DNA from: a virus | DNA length: 64,000 bases | Virus record (IMG/VR): IMGVR_UViG_3300025132_007963 | Span: 96,001 to 160,000 of that record | Reading direction: 5' to 3' (one strand) | In this document: positions 1 to 8,900 of the stretch, piece after piece | Position numbering within the stretch: position 1 is the stretch's first letter | Layout: each line of letters begins with the position of its first letter | Notes under the pieces: model-generated | What the model was told of the DNA's origin: nothing | Databases searched by the model: none | The model's input: the letters and a program-made list of their open reading frames with translations, nothing else | Program-made: the position numbers and the translations under genes

Positions 1-176
1 TTTAAAAATGTGAGAAATTTTTTAAGAAACACGTGCTTGCTAGCGCTAGAAAGATCTTTGAATTCCTTGATTATGTTTTCCGCCATTTCAGATCCAGGGG
101 TCTCATCCTGCGTTTCTACCATTCTGCTTAATTCTTCTTGAATTATCTTTTTTAATTTGCCTCTAGTAATCTGCAT
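1..176 (-). CDS. small hypothetical protein, 3'-truncated by the window edge (MQITRGKLKKIIQEELSRMVETQDETPGSEMAENIIKEFKDLSS...); not in the ORF track
   Basis: ATG at 176 with AGGAG Shine-Dalgarno at 185-189 overlapping the primase stop; frame open to the window end. Confidence 0.75.
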   Translation of the reverse strand, partial: MQITRGKLKKIIQEELSRMVETQDETPGSEMAENIIKEFKDLSSASKHVFLKKFLTFL

Positions 177-188
177 AAACAGGTCTCC

Positions 189-1124
189 TTAAAACTTTAA
201 GTATTGATATAAATAGGTTGCTCTATTGACAATGGCAGCATCTTTCTTAAGAATCTTGAACTGCTCTTTGGTCATTGAGCCAACGTCTTCATGCTTAGAT
301 GTGTCAATTTTGTAAACTTTAATATCGTATTCTAATAAATTTTGTATTAGTTTATTTTGTTTTTTTACGGCATCTCTATCTAAAGCTACATAGATTATAG
401 CATTCTTTTTAATAATTTTTTGAAATAATTTTGATTTTTCACTTAATATAGATCCCAATATAGGTATTGAATTATCTGCCACAATTGCATCAAATACACC
501 CTCGACTAAAGTTATTGGCTCATCCCAATCAACATAAAGGTCATTAAAGACAACATCTCTGCTGACTGGAGGGTTCTTGTATTTTGGAAACTGGCCTGTG
601 TATGTTCTAGCTATAAAATAACTAAGATCGCCATCCATGTTAAATGATGGAATACAAACTCTATTTGAGAATTCTCCTTCTGTGCAATATCCTATTTTCC
701 ATTTTAAAATATCACTCTTGTGAATTCCTCTAGATTTCAAATAAGACAGAGCATGACGGCTTGATGAATCTAAAAAAGATGAGCCAGTTAAAGTTTTAAA
801 GCTATCTGGCAACTCAACAACTTGTGGTTTTTGTTCTTCTGGTTTTGTAAATAAAACTATATCTTCGAATTTATCTAAATCGACAGATCCATTTAATTGT
901 TTCCATTCTTCTTGGTGCCCAAACTGACCATATCTTTTGATTAATCTGAAAATATCTTGGCCAGAATAATCACATATCCAGCATTTAAAAACATTCTTTT
1001 CTACGTTAACAGATAGTTTCTTTTTGTCATGCCTACACTTAGGGCAGTTAAAAAGATGTTCGTCGTTTGATTTATAACATGATCCTAGAACGCTGGTTAA
1101 GATGTCGAGTTTTTCTGTTTCCAA
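189..1124 (-). CDS. DnaG-like DNA primase (Zn finger + TOPRIM)
   Basis: N-terminal CPKC..H...CWIC zinc finger; TOPRIM motifs LVEGVFDA and LDRDA; RVCIP/YFIAR catalytic core; PKYKNP. Confidence 0.9.
   Translation of the reverse strand: METEKLDILTSVLGSCYKSNDEHLFNCPKCRHDKKKLSVNVEKNVFKCWICDYSGQDIFRLIKRYGQFGHQEEWKQLNGSVDLDKFEDIVLFTKPEEQKPQVVELPDSFKTLTGSSFLDSSSRHALSYLKSRGIHKSDILKWKIGYCTEGEFSNRVCIPSFNMDGDLSYFIARTYTGQFPKYKNPPVSRDVVFNDLYVDWDEPITLVEGVFDAIVADNSIPILGSILSEKSKLFQKIIKKNAIIYVALDRDAVKKQNKLIQNLLEYDIKVYKIDTSKHEDVGSMTKEQFKILKKDAAIVNRATYLYQYLKF
208..216 (-). promoter_or_regulatory. candidate late-promoter motif CTATTTATA
   Basis: Identical 9-mer also at 45661-45669; ~30 nt upstream of the ATG at 176; AT-rich background weakens significance. 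Confidence 0.3.
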
Positions 1125-1636
1125 GTTTCTAATCCTGCCTTAGCTATAATCCAACTGTCAGCCCTGTCATAACTTCCGGGTTTTGGATTTCCAGCTTTTG
1201 TATATTCTACTTCAAAGGCAGGGATATTGTCAAGAACATATTGCAAAACTTTTTCTTTCGCTTTCTCGCCGCGCTGTACTTTTATACCACAAATTTTTCT
1301 TGCGGAAGAGGCTGCAATCATTTCTGGCTTTCTATTAAACATCTGAAAGCTTAAGAGTGATATCATACCATTAAACCTAGATAAAGTCGAAAGGGTTTTT
1401 GCTGAAGAAAATCCACTCTTAAAAGATTGAAGGGACTGTTCGATGAAAATGGAATCAACTCTGTGCTTTTCTTCCAAATAAATAAACTGCCTCCTTATGA
1501 AATCAGCTTTTTCATATAAGGTAGGAAATTTATTTTTATTTCTTGTATCCCACATATCACAAAATAAAGTATTCCCACCTTCATCTAAAATGGTTACTCC
1601 TGTAATTGATGTTGAAACGTCTAATCCTAATATCAT
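1097..1636 (-). CDS. ruvC: RuvC-like Holliday junction resolvase
   Basis: ILGLDVS (catalytic D), FIEQ (catalytic E), DRADS (C-terminal D-x-x-D), RNase H-fold length, next to primase. Confidence 0.8.
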   Translation of the reverse strand: MILGLDVSTSITGVTILDEGGNTLFCDMWDTRNKNKFPTLYEKADFIRRQFIYLEEKHRVDSIFIEQSLQSFKSGFSSAKTLSTLSRFNGMISLLSFQMFNRKPEMIAASSARKICGIKVQRGEKAKEKVLQYVLDNIPAFEVEYTKAGNPKPGSYDRADSWIIAKAGLETWKQKNSTS

Positions 1637-2286
1637 TTTTTAAGTAGCACGAAATTTTCAGCTATGTACTGTACATAGTGTATCATAATTTTGTTTTTAT
1701 CGAAACCCTCTGTATGATACCACGTCCAAGCCACTGTTTTTTGTAAATCATTAATCTTTTTATTAATATCGTCATTTGCATTTTTTAATGCTTTTATTTC
1801 TTTGGCAGATAAATTTGCAACTTCAACATTAAGCTCATCTGCTATTTCTATTAATTCAGATATATCTTCCTTGTTCATTGCTGCTTGAGTTCTTTCTAAT
1901 AGCTTGGTTTTTTCTTCTTTTTCTTTTCCTTCTAGATTCAACAGTTTATCTGGATGTATTACTTTTGCTATATTTTTATATGTTTCTTTGAAAAAATTAT
2001 CTTTCTTTTTTGCTTCTATTGTTTTTTGTTCTGTGTTGATGTTCTGTTGCGATTGCTGTTCTGGCTTATTTTGCTTTTTGGGTGTTTTACCCATCATATT
2101 ATCATCCCAAGTTTTTTGTATTTTTAACACCAATTCTTTTTCTTCTTTTGGGAGAGTATCTGCAAATTTTTTAAAAGCTTTATGAAATTCAATAGAGCAC
2201 TGTACGTGCTGTTCTTCTAGCATATTGAGTTTTTCTTTTAAAAAACTGTTCTCTAATGCCAATACTTTAAATTTACGACTACTCAT
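1633..2286 (-). CDS. J-domain (DnaJ-like) co-chaperone with coiled-coil flanks
   Basis: KETYKNIAKVIHPDKL: helix II followed by the HPD tripeptide, then helix III. Confidence 0.7.
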   Translation of the reverse strand: MSSRKFKVLALENSFLKEKLNMLEEQHVQCSIEFHKAFKKFADTLPKEEKELVLKIQKTWDDNMMGKTPKKQNKPEQQSQQNINTEQKTIEAKKKDNFFKETYKNIAKVIHPDKLLNLEGKEKEEKTKLLERTQAAMNKEDISELIEIADELNVEVANLSAKEIKALKNANDDINKKINDLQKTVAWTWYHTEGFDKNKIMIHYVQYIAENFVLLKK

Positions 2287-2288
2287 GA

Positions 2289-3572
2289 TTAAAAATCCAT
2301 CTTTAATTTAAAGGTATATTCTCTTTCCTCTGTTTTTCTAATTGGTTTTGCCAAACTCGCAATGCCAATTAAATTTTTATTTTCATCGTATATACCAATT
2401 TTAGATATGTAAGTTTGTTTTACAAATGAGCTTGTTCCGTATTGACTGTAACTTTGGTGTTCTAAGTTTGCAATTTGTGCTCCAACATTTTCTCTAAAAT
2501 GATAGCTTGAAGTTTGAAGTGTCCCTCTGTTGTCTTTCGAAACATAGGTTGGATTAGATGAATGGTTTAATGCTGATTTTGGTGCGTGAGCTAACATTGT
2601 AACAGTTGGAACATAATTAACACCTTCGAACTCTATGGAAAAAAGTGATCCTGTTATGGCACCTGATGCCGAGCCATCATTAGCGCCCTTTCCAAAATGA
2701 AACCATCTGGGATTATCTGCAGTGCCGTTATAACTTTCTTTGTGGCCTTTGTTTAGTGCCCATGCGCCGGTCATCGCTAAGAAGCCCTCATTATACAAAA
2801 CAACACCAGCGACTTGATTATTAAATTGATCGCTACCATTTGATCCAGATACTTGAATTAATTCGCCATTTTTATGGGTGTCTCTAGCTTCAGCAGCCAA
2901 CGTGCCACTAATATAGAGACGCAGAATAACTGAGCCTTTTCTAATTGAAGATCCATAAAATATCGATGGTATTTCAACAAGCCTCATTTCTTGCTGTCCC
3001 TTGTTCCACGATATACTCTTATTAGAATATTGCTCACTAGTTGATCCACTATCATACGCATAGTGGTGACTAATATTTACGTATTTGTTAAATGTGTTTT
3101 TAAGTGACAATATGAATTTTTTATTACTTACATATTTTTTATATTGTCCATTATCCTCATCTATGGTGGTTATATCGCTTGTGCTTGCAGCAAGCCTTGT
3201 TGTTTTAATTGAGGAGCTTAATGGATACCCACCCACTATGATATCACCAAAAGAGTTTTTTCCTGAATTGTTAAAGTCAGCAACACTACCAGTTTTAAAA
3301 GAAATACGCGAGCCTTGTTTTGTAACAAAAGGATATATTGATTTTGCAGTTGAAGGATCGCCTGGCGTTCCAATATCTATGGTCCGGTCGACATTTAATT
3401 CATAAAGACTTATAAAACCTTGCTTGGTAGATAGCTCGTTGTTAAATGTGGCTTTAGAGTTTTTAGAGTTGTCTATATAGATTTTGGAATCATAAACAAC
3501 AAATGTTTTATGAGGAAATGTCTTTAGTCTATTGTAGTAAAGATCTTCTTTTTTAAATTCATAAAATGGCAT
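2289..3572 (-). CDS. virion/baseplate structural protein, paralog of 3579-4874
   Basis: C-terminal YISKIGIYDENKNLIGIASLAKPIRK, SNPTY and IRKGSV..L motifs shared with the neighbour. Confidence 0.6.
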   Translation of the reverse strand: MPFYEFKKEDLYYNRLKTFPHKTFVVYDSKIYIDNSKNSKATFNNELSTKQGFISLYELNVDRTIDIGTPGDPSTAKSIYPFVTKQGSRISFKTGSVADFNNSGKNSFGDIIVGGYPLSSSIKTTRLAASTSDITTIDEDNGQYKKYVSNKKFILSLKNTFNKYVNISHHYAYDSGSTSEQYSNKSISWNKGQQEMRLVEIPSIFYGSSIRKGSVILRLYISGTLAAEARDTHKNGELIQVSGSNGSDQFNNQVAGVVLYNEGFLAMTGAWALNKGHKESYNGTADNPRWFHFGKGANDGSASGAITGSLFSIEFEGVNYVPTVTMLAHAPKSALNHSSNPTYVSKDNRGTLQTSSYHFRENVGAQIANLEHQSYSQYGTSSFVKQTYISKIGIYDENKNLIGIASLAKPIRKTEEREYTFKLKMDF

Positions 3573-3578
3573 GGCATT

Positions 3579-4874
3579 TTAGTAATCCAGTCTAACCCGT
3601 AACGTAAGCTCGTTAGTCGGATCTTTTCTGAGGGGCTCAGAAAGCTTAGCGACTGCCATGAGTTCGTTATCAGGAGAATATAACCCCACAGACGTCACGT
3701 AACTAATTGGCATGTCAGTTGGGCTATTCTTTACTCTTATTTGACTTTCGGTTGTATAAGTTGGGTTTGCACTATAGTTAAATTCATTATTGTGCGCCCT
3801 ACAAAAGTAAACCGTAGAATTTAATTCAGTTGTATTATTAAATGATACATTCAATATTCTATGCCTTAAAGCATCGCATGCTGTTTGGATGGTCGAGCCC
3901 GTAAACATAGAATAAACATCTGAATGTGCCAGAGCCGTTATGTCTTGAGTTGCAGAATCTGCCACTTGAAAGTGCATCATGCAACTTGAAGAGTTTAACA
4001 TGCCTCCAGTTAAATGATGTACAACTGCAGGTGTCGTAGAAGCAGTAACCTGACGGACGCCGGCACCGCCTCCGCCATCATGAGTTGCCTTCGCAAATAA
4101 TCTAGCATCCAAAACAACAACGCCTGCTTGATAAAATATTAAACCAATTTGTCCCGGCTTAGTTGGATGAGACGATCCAGTAGTCAAACCATGGGCGATG
4201 GGTGCAGTAATGGCATTAGTTGTGTTCCCGCTAGAGGCTGATAAAATACCGTACTCGCCAGCCGGCGAATTAACTCTATAATCTGATGCACCGTTTGTAT
4301 CTTTGATTTGTATGGTTCGCCCAGTGTATTTTCTTAAATCTCCGCTAGTCTCATCTGGTGACTGAGAAGATCCATAATGAGGTGAAACCCCCAAAGTCAT
4401 TGCAAAAGAGCCCTTTTTAATTTCGTCTTTTGATAAAAGTCTAGCAAAGTTTATAAAAAACGCTTCTGTAATTTTATCATTACCTGTCGATAAATCACCG
4501 TCTCGATCAAAAGACCTTATGTCTCCTTGTTCATCGTGCCCCATTAGAACCTGTGCCATTTGATTGTAAATGGCCAACTTCTTTTCTTGTTGTGTTCTAG
4601 CAACTTGTTTAACATTGCCTGACAGTGCAGAGCCAGTAGAATATCCGGCTGTTATATCGAAAATGTGATTAGCTGAAGAACTTAGAAATGGATAATCATA
4701 AACACTTTGAAACATTCCATGAGCATAGTTTTTTATGTTTAACTCTGTGGCTCTAGAACCATCATTATTATAAGTACCTGAAACTAACGCACCAGTAATT
4801 GGTATTGCTTCGTGCAACAGTGTTTTAGTGGTGGTTATATCGTTGTTGAGAAAAGTTTTAAAGACGCTTGCCAT
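3579..4874 (-). CDS. virion/baseplate structural protein, paralog of 2289-3572
   Basis: C-terminal YVTSVGLYSPDNELMAVAKLSEPLRK, ANPTY and IKKGSF..L motifs; AAGGA SD. Confidence 0.6.
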   Translation of the reverse strand: MASVFKTFLNNDITTTKTLLHEAIPITGALVSGTYNNDGSRATELNIKNYAHGMFQSVYDYPFLSSSANHIFDITAGYSTGSALSGNVKQVARTQQEKKLAIYNQMAQVLMGHDEQGDIRSFDRDGDLSTGNDKITEAFFINFARLLSKDEIKKGSFAMTLGVSPHYGSSQSPDETSGDLRKYTGRTIQIKDTNGASDYRVNSPAGEYGILSASSGNTTNAITAPIAHGLTTGSSHPTKPGQIGLIFYQAGVVVLDARLFAKATHDGGGGAGVRQVTASTTPAVVHHLTGGMLNSSSCMMHFQVADSATQDITALAHSDVYSMFTGSTIQTACDALRHRILNVSFNNTTELNSTVYFCRAHNNEFNYSANPTYTTESQIRVKNSPTDMPISYVTSVGLYSPDNELMAVAKLSEPLRKDPTNELTLRVRLDY

Positions 4875-4895
4875 TTTTTATTCCTTGCTATTTAA

Positions 4896-5900
4896 TTATC
4901 CTGATTTTTTCACAAATCGAATAGGCACATCAATTGAGTACCCTGTAGTCGCTGCTGTCACTCTGACATGAGTATCAATATGTAAAAGTGTTACACTAGA
5001 TCTAAAGCCATCCATATTAGTAGATGTGGTTGTTAAAGTAGATCCCAATTTTTCAAATAGAAAAGTTGATGTTGCTAATGTTGCACTGGGTACAATTGTA
5101 AACTGTACGATATTACCACGTGGACCTCGGATCCTATGTTGTGTTTTTACATTTGACCCGTCTTGGGTTCCATCACCTCTTCTGTTATCCAAGGGGCCAG
5201 TTACAATATCTCCGCCGGCGCCAGCGTTATTATTGATATAGTATGATGCAACTTGATCATCATCGATAAAAGAAACTGGCAACACTGTTCCATTAATACT
5301 GGCTATTTGCCCTAGTCTATCATCCATTTCCATAATAAATATATTTTCTGAAAGGTCGGATGGTAAGCCAACGGAAGGTGGTATTCTCAGTGTGTCTAGG
5401 CCAGTTTCCAATACAATTCTAGCTGATTCGTTATTAGTTGGACTAGTGCCCTTAATTATACCCTTGCCTCTTATAGTGGTGGCAATAAGGCTGTCGGTTG
5501 TATCTTCTGTGTTTGTATCACAGGTAATTACATACATTCCTGTATTGGAGTGAATAACTGACCTTTGTGAAACTTCAGCAGTTGATGTTCCTTGGTATCC
5601 ACCGTTGTGCAAACGTGTAACTGGTAAATAGAGGATATTGGTTCTCGTTAAAGTCAATAATTTAGATTTCATCATTGAAGTGTTGTTTGTAAACGCCTCT
5701 AGTAAAGGAGTTTTAAATATTTCTAAATCATAATATGCAGAACCACTTGGATGCGCTCTGTTATAAAGAGAATAATCTATCTCATCATCACCCAAAGCAA
5801 ACTTAGATATTCTAAAGTCTCCTCTAGCCATTCTAAATCTACCCGTGTCGGTTAAAACCGCATCTAAAATAATGTCGCCCGAATTGTCAAGAAATGCCAT
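4896..5900 (-). CDS. virion structural protein with tail-collar-like N-terminus
   Basis: N-terminal LTDTGRFRMARGDFRISKFALGDDEIDY; Ser/Thr/Gly-rich body; position in the structural block. Confidence 0.6.
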   Translation of the reverse strand: MAFLDNSGDIILDAVLTDTGRFRMARGDFRISKFALGDDEIDYSLYNRAHPSGSAYYDLEIFKTPLLEAFTNNTSMMKSKLLTLTRTNILYLPVTRLHNGGYQGTSTAEVSQRSVIHSNTGMYVITCDTNTEDTTDSLIATTIRGKGIIKGTSPTNNESARIVLETGLDTLRIPPSVGLPSDLSENIFIMEMDDRLGQIASINGTVLPVSFIDDDQVASYYINNNAGAGGDIVTGPLDNRRGDGTQDGSNVKTQHRIRGPRGNIVQFTIVPSATLATSTFLFEKLGSTLTTTSTNMDGFRSSVTLLHIDTHVRVTAATTGYSIDVPIRFVKKSG

Positions 5901-5929
5901 AACTAACTATACTCCGCACTTTTTAATAT

Positions 5930-5937
5930 TAATTAGT
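5930..5937 (-). promoter_or_regulatory. candidate late-promoter motif ACTAATTA in the largest intergenic gap
   Basis: 83-nt intergenic region 5901-5983; motif ~30 nt upstream of the ATG at 5900, followed by GGAG SD. Confidence 0.3.
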
Positions 5938-5983
5938 ATTCAAATTCAATAAAATCTCTGATTTATTTATGTAATCTTTTTTA

Positions 5984-8900
5984 TTAATCATACTCTTCTA
6001 TCACACCATCACCATTTATTTTATTATACTTTTTACTAAATGTTAAATTTAAATCTAATTGTTTTCCTGTTGATTTTGATTTAATTCTTATTTTCAATTT
6101 TTTACCCCAGACTTTATTAGTTGCAATACCCGGAGTAAATTCATTTTTGGTCTCCCAATCATCTAAAGTGTTACTCTCATTTAGATCAATTATTTTTTGA
6201 ATAAATGATGGCTTTAATTTTATATATTTTCTTAGTGGTTTTTCTGCTTGTCTAAAATCTTCTTTTGGTTCATACAGTTTAGTATTTAAATATACAGCGC
6301 CATACTCGTTAATAAGTTCTACTTCGTAAATGTGAGATGGATTTGACACATGGCCATGGACATCTTCACATCTAAAAGTGTAATAGTATTTTTTATTTGG
6401 TACAATATCATCTATAAAAGCTGCGGCTGTTGCGTCTTGTTGTTCTATTTTAGCAATTTTTTTACCATAAAAATCACTCCATGATTTAGGAGGTTTCGAA
6501 ACTCTAAAAACTTCAAAAATTTTCGATAAATCATCATTTTTAAATTCTAATAATGTAAAGCCACTATTCGAACTAGTGCCATCTAAATCAAAGTTTATAT
6601 CGTCTGGGTGTATTAATTGATTATATGCTGAAATAGTAAATTGAATTCTATCATCATCTTCCAAAATAATTGGCTTTGCAGTAAACTTACCGGTCATATC
6701 ATTTATATTAAACATGACTTTGTTATCTATCCCTCTGAAAGGAATTACATCTACATCAGGTGGCGTTGGAGGCTTGTCCAGTATTGCAATTGTTCGCACA
6801 GTGGTGGGCACCTCCATTATTTGAACAGATGGCCTAGTCATAACCGCAAAGGGCCAATGGAAGTGTGTATCTTTCTCATCTCCACCAATCTCAGTTGGTT
6901 TAAGTTTTTGAGGTAAAGATTTAAACACTTTCTTTGAAACTTCCACTTCTTGAAGCCCAAGAAAATGATCATAAAATTCTTCCTCTCTAACTTGTACTCT
7001 TTCTTGGCCCAGTAACCCTACTCTACTCGCTTCTTCAACTGTTAAGTTTGGATCTGTAGAGAATGTTCTGGTTTCAAACGTTGTCCTAAAGCCTGCACTT
7101 CTTCTTTCTGTACCTAGATTTTCGAGGGCTGTTTGGGTTTCGGTTGTATAAGTTACCATGTTTATATCATTAAATTGCCTATCTATCTTAGCCCAATCAT
7201 CGAATTGTGCAGCTTCTTCATCCTCCATAAGGTCGATATAAGCGTATTCAGTTCCAATAATTGCACACACTGTTGAGATAACATATTTATAAACTATGCC
7301 GTACTTCACTTGTGAATCGCAATACTTAATTAAATCTATGTTATCATCAAGACTTAGATAGTAAGTTTGTACCGGTTTCGATCTATTTGCTAGATCAAAT
7401 TCTGATAGGCCCGGAATACTTGATGGCGAGTTTTCTAAAGCTTCTCTCTGCTCAGTGCTTAAGTTTGATAGAAACTCAGTATCTACATACTTTTCAATTT
7501 TATATCCAATTGGTTCATTGTGAGCCGTTTTCCCAGCCATGATATCACTATAAGTTCTCTGTGTTGTGTTTATGATCTTTTTGATATTACTAATAAAAGT
7601 TTGTTTAGAAAATATAGAGGTAACTTTTTCAAAGCCATTTTCTGTGATATCACTTTCGGGCATACCAATACCAGAGTCTATATATATAAGCCACTCTTCT
7701 AGAGACATTGTTGGGATCGACGTTTTTATGGCTTCTGTGAATTTCATAAGATCATCGGGTGCACGATACTTTGATTTTGGTTCTCGCTTTTGTGATGTTG
7801 GGGTTTGATCTTTTTTATAAACAGGTAACACAGATTGTTCGCCAAACAAATGTTGGTCAATAACATAAAAATCTTTATCCTCTACAAGACGTCTGGGCAC
7901 TTCTTTGTTTTTTATGGTTTGAAATGCTGTTAAATATTCTGCAGATAATGATTCCAATGGATTTCCGATAATGTTTACTAAATTCTCTAAGTCTTCTAGG
8001 GAATATCCGTTAGGGCCAGGGGGTCCAATATCAGTGCTATTAGATATAGTATTAGAAAAAAACGGCTCATTTGGATTTGATTTCTTAAAGGATATCCCAG
8101 CATAAGCAGCTTCCGCGAGTTTCATATTTCTTTCAAAATATATTTGTGCTTGTTCAGCACTCTCATAACCAATACCAAAATTTTGAACCGCACCTAATCT
8201 ACTAAATTTTCTTGCCATATCCTCTTTTACTGGTCTTGTAAAACTTTCTCTTATAAGAATTCTTCCATTTTTAACACTATCTGGAGAAGTCCTGGTGAAG
8301 GATACTCCATCACTGTATAAATTTTGTTTATAAAAGGGATAAAATATGTTACTTGTATCTATTTTACCAGCAATATTAAACAAACTACCTAGACCGTGAG
8401 TTTGTCTTGAGCCTAATTCAAACTCAACAAACATTGGCAGCAATATTCTTTCTTTATATGCAGATTTAAAATGATCTGAATTTGGATTTGTGAAAAAACA
8501 TACATTGTCAAACGCTTTAAGGCGATCAACAGTTACTACTTTGTTTCCCCGAATTGGGCCTAGGCGGATATGTCTGGGGAATCGCGGCTTGGGCTGTAAA
8601 AAGTCTTCTTGTCTAAACCTACAATTGAAAACATCCATTATTTCGCTATTTATTAATCCATACTCTGTTTTAAATCTCTGCAATTGAAAATCAGAATCGT
8701 AATATTCTTCCATATTTTCGATGTCTTGTTTTGTTATAAGTCGATCAGGTCTAAAAATAAAATGATTAGGTAACTGATGATGTGGATAATTTTGACCCTC
8801 TGTGTTTAATTGAGTTAACGTTTCGTACAATTCATCAAAAAAATTGTAAACGGGCTTGATCACATTATAGTGCATCGGTTTAATATTAAGTGCATCCATT

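Noticed and set aside
3568-3577. ATGCC-ATGCC micro-duplication creating an out-of-frame upstream ATG (17-codon ORF) before the 427-aa gene
   Set aside because: A single 5-nt repeat is easily chance; there is no evidence for a regulatory role.
5945-5975. Possible hairpin or terminator in the 83-nt intergenic gap
   Set aside because: Only a ~5-bp AT-rich stem (AAATC/GATTT), too weak to call.
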